A stretch of DNA of 64,000 nucleotides from positions 11,743 to 75,742 of the IMG/VR virus record IMGVR_UViG_3300021399_000143. The stretch is one strand, 5' to 3'. Shown here piece after piece: positions 22,566 to 31,107 of this stretch. The notes below the pieces were generated by a model. It worked only from the letters and a program-made list of their open reading frames with translations. It ran no database searches and had not been told where the DNA came from. This stretch comes from a virus (Duplodnaviria; Caudoviricetes). The position numbers were made by a program, and so were the translations under genes. The stretch's first letter is position 1; the number at the start of each line of letters is the position of its first letter.

Positions 22566-22898
22566 TCACCAACCCACTTTCAATGTACAACACTTGGACA
22601 TGAAATCCACAAACTCTGGTGTGATGTTCGTGCTTCCATCCTTGGAATCCACCAAGTAGAAGTTGTATCCATACAATTCCCCATTGTTGGACGTTCTGTA
22701 CTTGAATGCGTGGTCTATCGTCTTGGACATGGATGCATCGAACAAATATGCCACCAAATCTTCTGCGTCAGATGGCAAGATGAACTTCTTGTTTGGTATC
22801 CTGTATCCACCAACCTCCACGACCAAATCTGTGGGAATTGGCTTGTCCGAGGCGACGAAAATCTCGCCAATCTTGTCTATGTTCAAAATCCCAATCAT
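22566..22898 (-). CDS. paralog family B member 3
   Basis: LFDASMSKTID...DSKDGSTNITPEFV; start at ATGA overlap. Confidence 0.75.
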   Translation of the reverse strand: MIGILNIDKIGEIFVASDKPIPTDLVVEVGGYRIPNKKFILPSDAEDLVAYLFDASMSKTIDHAFKYRTSNNGELYGYNFYLVDSKDGSTNITPEFVDFMSKCCTLKVGW

Positions 22899-23377
22899 GT
22901 CTCTTCTCCATTCATGTAATTCTCCAACGTTTCCCACGGGTCTTCCGGTAGAATGCATAACATTGGATTTCCATCAGAGAAACTTCTCAACTCATATTCA
23001 ATTCTGTTCCTACCATCAGGAAATGCCAATCTATCAAGTCCATAACGGGTGAATGCCACCGAAATGAACTTCATCAACCTTGGTGTGATGTTCGTAGTGC
23101 CATCTTCAGATTCTCCAACTGAAATGGTATATGTCATTATGGCATAGGGACAACCATTGTATGCCTTGATTCTGGTGGTACCTCCCTTGCTAATCCCAAC
23201 AATGTTCTTCGTCATTGAAAAATCGAACAATGCTGTCATCATTTCGTCGAAATGGGATTCAGAATAGCATTCCTTCTTGAGCTTGTCTGAATCATAGATG
23301 TCCAATGTGAGGAAGTCAGCAGTATTCCCTGCAACAATGTCCTTCTTGATGTAATCTATGATTTCTTGGTCAGTCAT
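22895..23377 (-). CDS. paralog family B member 4
   Basis: LFDFSMTKNI...ESEDGTTNITPRLM. Confidence 0.75.
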   Translation of the reverse strand: MTDQEIIDYIKKDIVAGNTADFLTLDIYDSDKLKKECYSESHFDEMMTALFDFSMTKNIVGISKGGTTRIKAYNGCPYAIMTYTISVGESEDGTTNITPRLMKFISVAFTRYGLDRLAFPDGRNRIEYELRSFSDGNPMLCILPEDPWETLENYMNGEET

Positions 23378-23783
23378 CTTGGCAAATCTTCCTTGAAAAT
23401 CTCTCAACCATGTCTGCGTCAATGTTGCTTTCCTGTCCTGGTTCAAGTCTCTTCAACCACACAACATATTCCAAGGTGAAAGCCTTTTGACAAGCGGTTG
23501 CCTTGTACAAACTGAACAAGATTGACATGTCCATAAGTTCGCCCATCAAGCCACCAACATCGTCTGAATTGACATACTTTCCTGGAATGGCGTCCGACAA
23601 GATGGAAACCATTGTTGTATGCTTTCGCCCAATTGACACAATCTTGTATGTACCTGGCTCCCCAACCACCCTAAACTCGACGAGCAGAATGTCTGGATTC
23701 TTCTCCCAAGGAAGTTTGTTCCGAAGAAGAAAATCCCCAATGGACAATGTGTATATAGAATGGTCTGGATAACTCATGCTCAT
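23370..23783 (-). CDS. paralog family B member 5 (divergent)
   Basis: LMDMSI...ESNIDADMV. Confidence 0.6.
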   Translation of the reverse strand: MSMSYPDHSIYTLSIGDFLLRNKLPWEKNPDILLVEFRVVGEPGTYKIVSIGRKHTTMVSILSDAIPGKYVNSDDVGGLMGELMDMSILFSLYKATACQKAFTLEYVVWLKRLEPGQESNIDADMVERFSRKICQDD

Positions 23784-24424
23784 GGCGCGTAAAGAATCGT
23801 TGGATTGTCAGGAAGCACCGCAACCTCGCCATCGTCAGTAAGTTCGTCCTGCTTGAACTTGTTGAAAGCCTGCAGGTTGAAGGGCTTGGTGATGAGGTGG
23901 GTTCCTGATCGGGTTGGTATCACCGCTACTATCTTCTTGTTCTTCTTGTCGTCATAGGGTTCGCAGTGGTTTCGGATGATGCTCATGACCACCTTGACCT
24001 TGTTGCTGTCGGGCACAAAGTCGTCAATATCCACAAGCCAAGTCTTGTCCTCCTTGTGACCTTCAGGGAACCGACCTATGACCGAGTTGATCTCGTTGTA
24101 GGTGTTCCCAAACTGCTCGCCCTTCCTCGCCTTTTCCAAGGTCTCCTGCGCATATGCCATCGCAATCGTCTTGTAATTGCGCTTGTTGAGGCGAAGATAT
24201 GCACGGGCATTCGTCTCGTTGCAACGTTGGATGACATCTTCCTTGATTTCGTCAAGCATCTCAGGGGACGTGATGTGATAATCCCTCACGAGACGACGCT
24301 GATTGTCAGAGCCAGCAGGAACCTTGTTGCCATCCTTCTTCCTGAGCAACAGTTGCAGGAAGTAGAAATCCTGATGGTCGTTGAACTTGAGCAGGGGCTT
24401 GATTATGTCGAAATTGTCTACCAT
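23780..24424 (-). CDS. conserved phage protein with AEP primase-like motifs
   Basis: WLVDIDD (DxD) and PTRSGTHLI (SxH) motifs. Confidence 0.5.
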   Translation of the reverse strand: MVDNFDIIKPLLKFNDHQDFYFLQLLLRKKDGNKVPAGSDNQRRLVRDYHITSPEMLDEIKEDVIQRCNETNARAYLRLNKRNYKTIAMAYAQETLEKARKGEQFGNTYNEINSVIGRFPEGHKEDKTWLVDIDDFVPDSNKVKVVMSIIRNHCEPYDDKKNKKIVAVIPTRSGTHLITKPFNLQAFNKFKQDELTDDGEVAVLPDNPTILYAP

Positions 24425-24438
24425 GTTTGGTTGTCTCC

Positions 24439-24648
24439 TTAACGATGATGAACATGATTGATGTTTGCGGGATGCCAGTTATGTACGGGGTTTGCCATAA
24501 ACGGCAAGACTCCGGACTTGACCCTCTGTGTATCGTTTGTTTGATACTTGACGCGGTCCTTCTCAGCAAATTTCCCACAAAGGGCGCAAATACCAAGGAC
24601 TATCGCTGAAACGATTATTCCTGCAAGCCATGTTCCAATTGTCTTCAT
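24439..24648 (-). CDS. small membrane-anchored protein
   Basis: N-terminal TM helix. Confidence 0.6.
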   Translation of the reverse strand: MKTIGTWLAGIIVSAIVLGICALCGKFAEKDRVKYQTNDTQRVKSGVLPFMANPVHNWHPANINHVHHR

Positions 24649-24661
24649 CTTGTTTCTCCTT

Positions 24662-24910
24662 TTACTGGATTACGGCGCAGCACATGCGGTCAACGGAAAC
24701 CTTCTTGGGGTTCTTCGCCATTTCTGCTGCCACATCAACTGGCTTGTTGTAGTTGTCAAGTGTCTTGAGGTAAGACTCCACGAGGACAAGTCCGCTCTTG
24801 CCGAAACCATATACCTGCCCCTTTGCTATTTCAAGGGCTGTGCATTTGCTCTTGGATGCGTAGTACACCCAATCGCCAACATGAATCTCGTTTCCAAACT
24901 TGTCAACCAT
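24662..24910 (-). CDS. small SH3-like hypothetical protein
   Basis: MVDKFGNEIHVGDWV; AAGGAG SD. Confidence 0.7.
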   Translation of the reverse strand: MVDKFGNEIHVGDWVYYASKSKCTALEIAKGQVYGFGKSGLVLVESYLKTLDNYNKPVDVAAEMAKNPKKVSVDRMCCAVIQ

Positions 24911-24935
24911 TTCTTGTTTCTCCTTTACGCCACAT

Positions 24936-24965
24936 ATTATATCACACATGTGGGTCAGATGTCAA
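24936..24965 (-). promoter_or_regulatory. early sigma70-like promoter
   Basis: TTGACA-18-TATAAT. Confidence 0.7.
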
Positions 24966-24970
24966 TGACC

Positions 24971-25168
24971 CTATTCGTCAATTCCATCAATTGATTCTTG
25001 AAAGGTCTCAATAAACACAAAGTTCTCTTCCACATAGTCCGGTGGATACTTATATGACAAGCCAAATCCATCCCAAAAAAGCTCATACCATTCAGAAGTG
25101 ACTCGCAACACAGAATATGTGCGCGTTTCACCAATCTTCACTATTGTGTCTCCAACATTGAATTCCAT
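24971..25168 (-). CDS. small SH3-like hypothetical protein
   Basis: MEFNVGDTIV; ends TAG with TGA 3 codons later. Confidence 0.65.
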   Translation of the reverse strand: MEFNVGDTIVKIGETRTYSVLRVTSEWYELFWDGFGLSYKYPPDYVEENFVFIETFQESIDGIDE

Positions 25169-25176
25169 ATCTCATC

Positions 25177-25344
25177 CTATGTCGCCATCTTTCCAAACAA
25201 CAAGATATCGTCAGCAGAACCTGGGGCGTACTCCCCAACCTTCACCATGTTCTTGTCTGTAGGCTCTATGCGAAGAATTGAATCCCCACCGGCAACCCAA
25301 GTGACAAAATACCACTTCTCGTCACATCCCTTGACCACTCCCAT
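25177..25344 (-). CDS. small hypothetical protein, start uncertain
   Basis: frame open upstream to 25440 (RKFKPYDII), first ATG 25344, ends TAG; not in ORF track. Confidence 0.4.
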   Translation of the reverse strand: MGVVKGCDEKWYFVTWVAGGDSILRIEPTDKNMVKVGEYAPGSADDILLFGKMAT

Positions 25345-25399
25345 GCAACTTCCATTGTTGGGGGTGATTATGTCATATGGCTTGAACTTCCTTCCAACG

Positions 25400-26104
25400 T
25401 CAGAATCCCTCGTCTTTCCTCGTAAGCCTGATGTCGGTTTTCACGTTCTTGATTTGGGACAGAAGTTCCTTGTCGCAAGTGTGGATTGTGACGATTGCCT
25501 CCTTGAGGCAATCTCGGCAAACCTTGGCGTTCTCCCAATCCTCATCAACTTTCTTCTTGAGGTTGAAGTATCCCTGCGGCATTGTTGGTAGATTCCCAAA
25601 ATACAACTCAAATGCTGGGGTCTTGACGTACTTCTCATACCCCTCCTTTGGATATTGACCATCCTCCCAAAAGTTGAAGAAGTTGTAATGCCACTTCTCC
25701 ATATCCGAATTGGTTTCAGTTTGGGCGTATCTTGGGTGACGTTCGTGCGCAATCCAAAGAACGCGCTGGTCCGACACTCGAAGGAGAAACTTGATGCCAC
25801 CAGGGATCCAAAGGTGGATGAAGTCAGAGTTCCTGCTATATCCGAGAACAGGATTGTTGATGTTCATTAGCGCATTATGGCATTTGTTGGATTGAACCCA
25901 CTTCCACTCTGAATTGTAGAACACATCTATGTTGTCCTCAATGAACTTGGACATTTCAAGGAAGAGCTTGATTGTCTCCTCGCGTCTTGCAACGCAATAG
26001 TCTGCAATGTCAGAGAAGTTGGTACGTTCAACCTCCTTCCTCACCTTCCTGAGATCCTTGATCCAGGAATCGACATTCTTTTGCTCTTCCTTGTCGAACA
26101 CCAT
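25400..26104 (-). CDS. hypothetical protein
   Basis: MVFDKEE start with GAGGAG SD, TGA stop. Confidence 0.7.
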   Translation of the reverse strand: MVFDKEEQKNVDSWIKDLRKVRKEVERTNFSDIADYCVARREETIKLFLEMSKFIEDNIDVFYNSEWKWVQSNKCHNALMNINNPVLGYSRNSDFIHLWIPGGIKFLLRVSDQRVLWIAHERHPRYAQTETNSDMEKWHYNFFNFWEDGQYPKEGYEKYVKTPAFELYFGNLPTMPQGYFNLKKKVDEDWENAKVCRDCLKEAIVTIHTCDKELLSQIKNVKTDIRLTRKDEGF

Positions 26105-26106
26105 GT

Positions 26107-26382
26107 TCAATCCTCCTCGCCAAAGATGAGGTCTCCCTGATAGACCCCAAGACTGTCGCAATACTCGTCCACGGTCATACCCTCCTTCTTGGCGCAGAAC
26201 TCCATGAAGTCCTTGCTTGCGGAAGTGTAGAGGAACCGATATGCATCGTCAAGGTAATCTTCCTCAGAAGAAGTGCCATAACGATATTCCCCCGAACGTC
26301 CCTTCCAGAACTCCTGCCAATACTTGAAGGCTGCGACCCTCTGACGCACCTCCGGAAACACCTCGTCATACTGAATCATCAT
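26107..26382 (-). CDS. hypothetical protein
   Basis: MMIQYDEV start overlapping upstream TGA. Confidence 0.7.
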   Translation of the reverse strand: MMIQYDEVFPEVRQRVAAFKYWQEFWKGRSGEYRYGTSSEEDYLDDAYRFLYTSASKDFMEFCAKKEGMTVDEYCDSLGVYQGDLIFGEED

Positions 26383-26885
26383 CCCACCTTCTTCCCTGTC
26401 TTGAGACTGACGTAGTCGTACTTGCCCTCCTTGGCGTTCCACTTCATCTTGTTGCCACACTCCTTGGCACAAACCTTCCAGTTCTTGAGGTTGCGCTTGC
26501 GAATAATCCCAGTGAGGTCGAGACTGTAGTTCCAATTGACAGAATACCAACCAAACCCTTCAGGACGCTTGGCGAAGATAATCGGATCCTTCTCGCTCTC
26601 TTTGTCTCCAAGGATATGGCCGACAATGAACTCCTCGCAATTCCAATCCCAGAACTGACGGGTGGTCGTCAAGTCGTAAAGACCCTTCGGGCCGCAGTAA
26701 TACACGCAACCATCGAACACCTGCTTGAAGTCCTTCCTGAGAGCCTTCCTCCAAAGGTTCTGAGCCTTCTTGGACAAGTCTCCACGGGGAATGATGTCAT
26801 CCACAATGACAACTGCAAGACGCGAAGGTCTGACCTTCCCATCGTGGTATGCATCCAACCTCTGACCAATCTCAATGTTCAACAT
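26379..26885 (-). CDS. hypothetical protein
   Basis: AAGGAG SD, TGA stop. Confidence 0.7.
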   Translation of the reverse strand: MLNIEIGQRLDAYHDGKVRPSRLAVVIVDDIIPRGDLSKKAQNLWRKALRKDFKQVFDGCVYYCGPKGLYDLTTTRQFWDWNCEEFIVGHILGDKESEKDPIIFAKRPEGFGWYSVNWNYSLDLTGIIRKRNLKNWKVCAKECGNKMKWNAKEGKYDYVSLKTGKKVG

Positions 26886-26903
26886 TTTCGTTTCTCCTTT
26901 CAA

Positions 26904-27107
26904 TCACATTGAAACCATACCAGTCTCGTAATCCCCCCAAGGCCCGAAAGGGGGACGAATGAGCTTGTAGCCCTTGCCACACTGATACACGAAGTCTGAC
27001 GCGAACTTGTCGCCTTCCCACCCTCCAGTTCCAGACTTGGTGTGCTTGACAATCAGCCTCTGAGCCGACTTCTTGTCAATGGTCCGAAGCCTCTTTGGTA
27101 TTGCCAT
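26904..27107 (-). CDS. small basic hypothetical protein
   Basis: 67 aa, operon packing. Confidence 0.6.
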   Translation of the reverse strand: MAIPKRLRTIDKKSAQRLIVKHTKSGTGGWEGDKFASDFVYQCGKGYKLIRPPFGPWGDYETGMVSM

Positions 27108-27125
27108 GTCGTATGCCCCCTTTGT

Positions 27126-27317
27126 TCAGAACTGACCTTGAACCAGCTCAATGCCAGGGGACATGAGCGTGTTGTTCTTGTTGGGCATGACAACCTTCAT
27201 GTCCACAACAGTGTCAAACCAACCCGACTCGTGGTCTACGAGAAGCACCTTGAAGTCCTGGTTGCCATTCTCGACAATCATCTTCCGAAGCCTCCTAATC
27301 AACTCTTTCGCGTTCAT
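27126..27317 (-). CDS. small hypothetical protein
   Basis: MNAKELIRRL start, AAGGAG SD, promoter upstream. Confidence 0.65.
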   Translation of the reverse strand: MNAKELIRRLRKMIVENGNQDFKVLLVDHESGWFDTVVDMKVVMPNKNNTLMSPGIELVQGQF

Positions 27318-27350
27318 CTTTCTCTACTCCTTGTTCGTTTCAACACCAAC

Positions 27351-27379
27351 AGTATATCACATTGCCGGTTGTATGTCAA
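27351..27379 (-). promoter_or_regulatory. early sigma70-like promoter
   Basis: TTGACA-17-TATACT then GTTGGTGTTG. Confidence 0.7.
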
Positions 27380-27980
27380 TGCCCCTTTTGACGCATTTGA
27401 TTGACATTATGTTGGCGTCCGGAAAGGTCTTGGCAAAGGTTGCAGACACCTCGGATGTGGTCTTCCCATTGATACCAACCTCGTATAGTCCATTGCCCCT
27501 CCTGAATGTGACGCAATAGGCGTTTGGCTTCTTATCGGCATAGTTATGCGCAGTGACATAAACTCCAATGTCGGAGTTCTGAATGGCACTGAGGGTGAAG
27601 TCGTTGAGATATATCCTATCGTCAGAATTATCCCCAACATAGCCCTTTGTAAGCATCGTCCCAATCTTCTTGCAAATGCCATCAACAGTGGTGCAATGCT
27701 CCAATGCCGCTACAACTGCCTTGGCTTGCAACTTTGGAATGTAGTATTCTGGAGACCAATTCTTGCCCGAAAAGTTCCTTGTGGAAACAACAGCAAACGT
27801 GCATTTCTCGTTCTCGTGGATGACCACACCCGGCAGACGAACGTTCTGAACGTCCTTCATCAAATCATACTTGAGGTCATTGACCATATCTCGGAATTGA
27901 CGTTCAAGATGAACAAGCTCATCCATCTTCTTGGAAAGTTCCGAGGACTTGGATTCCAATTTTGTGAGATTTTCCCTCAT
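27357..27980 (-). CDS. hypothetical protein with N-terminal coiled coil
   Basis: AAGGAGG SD, TGA stop. Confidence 0.7.
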   Translation of the reverse strand: MRENLTKLESKSSELSKKMDELVHLERQFRDMVNDLKYDLMKDVQNVRLPGVVIHENEKCTFAVVSTRNFSGKNWSPEYYIPKLQAKAVVAALEHCTTVDGICKKIGTMLTKGYVGDNSDDRIYLNDFTLSAIQNSDIGVYVTAHNYADKKPNAYCVTFRRGNGLYEVGINGKTTSEVSATFAKTFPDANIMSIKCVKRGIDIQPAM

Positions 27981-27999
27981 AGTTTCCTCCTTGTCATAT

Positions 28000-28218
28000 T
28001 CACTTGATGGTTATTTCAAGAGAACCATAGTCCGTGAGTTCCTGAAACTCCATGTGATATGCAGAAGTTTCATAATCTCCACCGTAGTCTCCATGTTCCA
28101 CATAGTAGATGTCAAGCATGCGATCCTTCGGGAACTTCTTGAGAAACTCAATCATTTCCCCAACGGTGCCAGGAATTGGCATTTTTTGCTTCTTGTCGTC
28201 CATAAATACCTCCTTCAT
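28000..28218 (-). CDS. small hypothetical protein
   Basis: TVGEMIEFLKKFPKD motif common in small phage proteins. Confidence 0.65.
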   Translation of the reverse strand: MKEVFMDDKKQKMPIPGTVGEMIEFLKKFPKDRMLDIYYVEHGDYGGDYETSAYHMEFQELTDYGSLEITIK

Positions 28219-28452
28219 TTCTTGGGCTTGTACTCCATCGTGGACGCATGAACGTCATCAAATCCACGGTCAATTGCCTCAGCTTTCGCAATCTTCATCA
28301 CATCCTTCACATCCTCTGATCAATGGGTGCTGCGCCATGAAGATAGTTGAGCAGAAAATATCGAATGACCTTCCCCGACCTATCATATGCCGCATGGACA
28401 TACATTGGATACCGACCGTAAGACGTTATCTTGATGATTTTCTTCATAGGAA

Positions 28453-28572
28453 TTACCTCCAGTTCTTGGAGTTGTTGAGAAACTTGCGAGACTTCTGCTT
28501 GCGCTTCTTGTCCACAATCACACAGGTTGCGGTCGGAAAGTTTGGCACGAAACGATGCTTTCTGATGTCCAT
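28453..28572 (-). CDS. 39 aa basic peptide
   Basis: AAGGAG SD, first ORF after early promoter; MDIRKHRFVPNFPTATCVIVDKKRKQKSRKFLNNSKNWR; not in track. Confidence 0.55.
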   Translation of the reverse strand: MDIRKHRFVPNFPTATCVIVDKKRKQKSRKFLNNSKNWR

Positions 28573-28617
28573 TGATATGCTCCTTGGTGTATGAGTCTTG
28601 TTTCTCACAACACCTAT

Positions 28618-28680
28618 AGTATATCATAAACAGACTTCAGATGTCAATAGCCCTTTGGCTATTCATGCCAGAAATCTGAC
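28618..28680 (-). promoter_or_regulatory. early sigma70-like promoter with upstream near-palindrome
   Basis: TTGACA-18-TATACT then ATAGGTGTTG; GCCAGAAATCTGAC at 28667-28680. Confidence 0.75.
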
Positions 28681-28701
28681 CCTCAATACCTCTTTAGACA
28701 G

Positions 28702-28729
28702 AAAGTTCAACCACGAAAATGGTTGAACC
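28702..28729 (-). terminator. intrinsic terminator
   Basis: GTTCAACCA-CGAAAA-TGGTTGAAC stem with TTTCT tail on the minus strand. Confidence 0.65.
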
Positions 28730-28764
28730 TTTCAACATTCAATTGCTTTTTGCAATTATGCGTT

Positions 28765-29325
28765 TCACTGGGCATTTGCCCAAGAGATTGTGAAGTTGTA
28801 GTTCATGGTTCCAACTTCCTTGCCATAGGCAGGTGAAGTCGTACCCTTGTCAACAACCTCGAACCCACGCGCACGGTACCAGTCTTGGATATGTGCCACA
28901 TTGACCCAATCCTGAGGAGTGACCCGGAACTGAACGTTCGTGGAGAAGCCGCCAACGCAAGTCTCGTCATAGATCTTCTTGTTGATTGCCCTCACGTACT
29001 CCAGAATGGATTTGTCCTCGTTCTTTGTCGACTGATAGTGGCACTTCTTCGCGTCGATGTTGAAGTTGAAGCAATCCTCTCCAAACTTCTTCTGGTCGGC
29101 AGCGATAGGCGTGTTCTTCGTGGGAGCCTTGTCCTTTTCAGGATCTGGCTTTCCAGTGCAATAGTCAGTAGGCGTAGGAAGTGGCTCGTTTCCCTTCTGC
29201 ATTGAAGGTACTGGAGAACCATCCATCCTCGTAACTGCTCCCGAGAGAGCGGCATCAATCGCCGCCTGGTCGAATTCCTGCACTGGGTTGCTTGGCTTTG
29301 GTGCGTTATTTGCTCGTCTTGCCAT
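28765..29325 (-). CDS. hypothetical protein
   Basis: 186 aa, TGA stop. Confidence 0.7.
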   Translation of the reverse strand: MARRANNAPKPSNPVQEFDQAAIDAALSGAVTRMDGSPVPSMQKGNEPLPTPTDYCTGKPDPEKDKAPTKNTPIAADQKKFGEDCFNFNIDAKKCHYQSTKNEDKSILEYVRAINKKIYDETCVGGFSTNVQFRVTPQDWVNVAHIQDWYRARGFEVVDKGTTSPAYGKEVGTMNYNFTISWANAQ

Positions 29326-29611
29326 TGTATTCTGTTTCCTTTCTCTTTATGAGATCTTCGTCAAAGGTAAAGTCCTCTTCCATTAGGTCGTCGTTGTGGG
29401 CAGGATGACGATATAGAACGTTCCAAGATTCGATTGCGAACCTTGGCGTATACTCCGTCGGCCCTCTCGCCCCACAACACTCGCATTCCATTTGCCAAAT
29501 GTCATAGATTTCAGTTTCACCATCTTCATTGCGAACCTTCACTGTATCATATAGAAGTTTATGACCGTGATGCCCACAGAAGGGACAGAACTTTACCTTC
29601 ATTGTTTCCAT
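29306..29611 (-). CDS. Lar-like restriction alleviation Zn-ribbon protein
   Basis: CPFCG ... CECCGARGP ... AIESWN. Confidence 0.75.
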   Translation of the reverse strand: METMKVKFCPFCGHHGHKLLYDTVKVRNEDGETEIYDIWQMECECCGARGPTEYTPRFAIESWNVLYRHPAHNDDLMEEDFTFDEDLIKRKETEYNGKTSK

Positions 29612-29630
29612 ACAAACCAATTATACAACA

Positions 29631-29662
29631 AAACCGAGGAACAGTTAATAGTTCCTCGGTTT
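29631..29662 (-). terminator. intrinsic terminator
   Basis: 12-bp perfect stem AAACCGAGGAAC/GTTCCTCGGTTT. Confidence 0.7.
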
Positions 29663-29685
29663 CGCTCCCTTATATGCCGATTTCG

Positions 29686-30129
29686 TCATTTCTCTTCCGC
29701 ATATGAATCTGTTCCAAGGTGGACATCGAAGTGCTTGTCTTCGCCACCCCATCTGAACATGAAGTCGATATTCACATCGTCACCATACTTGTAGTTCAAG
29801 CGAGAGTCCTCACGCATCTTGTACAGAACCTTGGTTGGGTCATGGGTGGCTGCCTGGATATACTCGTCGTACAGTGCTTTCGTCTTGCACTTGACGACAT
29901 AGTCCGCAATACGAATGCCAAAAGAGCGACCGTCAAGTCCAACCCAATAGGTCTGACCTGGTCCCTCGTCAAATCCGTGGACGTTCATCCACATCATTGC
30001 ACTGTTTGGCCAGGTCACTGTCTCGTCAAAGATGTGGTTCACCCAATGCGTCTGCTCAGAAGAAGCAAACTCTGGCTTCTTGAACCAAGACTTTATCTTT
30101 TGCCACAATACCTTGAATATCATAGTCAT
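29686..30129 (-). CDS. hypothetical protein with N-terminal amphipathic helix
   Basis: AAGGAGG SD; IFKVLWQKIKSWFKK. Confidence 0.7.
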   Translation of the reverse strand: MTMIFKVLWQKIKSWFKKPEFASSEQTHWVNHIFDETVTWPNSAMMWMNVHGFDEGPGQTYWVGLDGRSFGIRIADYVVKCKTKALYDEYIQAATHDPTKVLYKMREDSRLNYKYGDDVNIDFMFRWGGEDKHFDVHLGTDSYAEEK

Positions 30130-30140
30130 GTCCTCCTTCG

Positions 30141-30998
30141 TCAGTTGAATATCTTTGCTTCAAGGTCGAATGCTCCAATCTTCGTGCAAATAGGCACTTG
30201 CTTCACCTTCTTGAAGGCAGAATCAGCCTTGAACGCCTTCCACCACTCACGGTAGTTGAGGCACTTGTTGAACGCCCTCTTCATGGAACTTGTCATCACG
30301 CCGCCATTCTTGGAATCACCCCAAGAAACTGTCTCCTCGCCACAACCAGAGAACACAAGCATCCTTCTCGTCACATCCCTCACGTTCTAGAACTTTGCGA
30401 AGAATGGCTGCTCCAAAGGTTCACGATCAAGTGTTTCTTCAGAACTATCGGATTCTCCATCCACCGGCAATCTATAGATTGTCCCTGAATGGCAACAGTC
30501 TGCTATCATTACCGATCGTCCTTTGCAATTTCCAAATATCTCCCAAAGGTCATCGTCAATCAACGCGCCATCGTAGAGGCAAAGGAATTCGTCACGTCCA
30601 TCTGTCTCGTTCTTGGCAGAAACAGACTTGTTATACTGGCCACCATGCCCAGAATACGTGAAGATGAACAAGCCATCCTCTCGAACCTTTTTAATCTGCT
30701 TGTTCAAGGCATTCTTCACAGCAGAAACCGTAGCCTTACTGTTGTTGAGTCTGATGATATGTTCATCCTTGTCATCCACATATTGATTGATGAGCGAGAA
30801 CATCGTGTTGGAATCCTTGTCGGCACCCGGACATGCCCCCCACTTGCTAGTCTCCATTCCAACAATCACTGCAAACTTCTTGTTCTTGTCAGTCGTTTGG
30901 CAAATCTCCCTGTCGATGCAATCGTCGCAATCGTCGTTGTTTGTTTGTTTCTTGAACAGGCTCTTGAAGAAGCCCAATATAATGTCTATCAGTTTCAT
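30141..30998 (-). CDS. caspase-family peptidase C14 (metacaspase/orthocaspase-like)
   Basis: AVIVG, FTYSGHGG (His), IADCCHSG (Cys); p10-like half MLVFSGC..E.VS..GGVMT joined through TAG 30387. Confidence 0.85.
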
Positions 30999-31033
30999 TG
31001 TCTTATTTCCTTCCAATTTGTTGTGTCATGTTC

Positions 31034-31044
31034 TATTTACAACA
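31034..31044 (-). promoter_or_regulatory. putative late promoter variant TGTTGTAAATA
   Basis: upstream of the caspase gene. Confidence 0.6.
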
Positions 31045-31107
31045 TTTACTGAAGACTTCCACAAGTTGTATAATTGAAATAAGCACCAAATAGAGGTTAT
31101 TACACCA

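Noticed and set aside
28218-28627. Track ORF 28307-28627 and a possible frameshifted gene at 28220-28446
   Set aside because: The called start lies within the early promoter. Short ORFs in different frames could be one broken gene, but I cannot support this without homologs.
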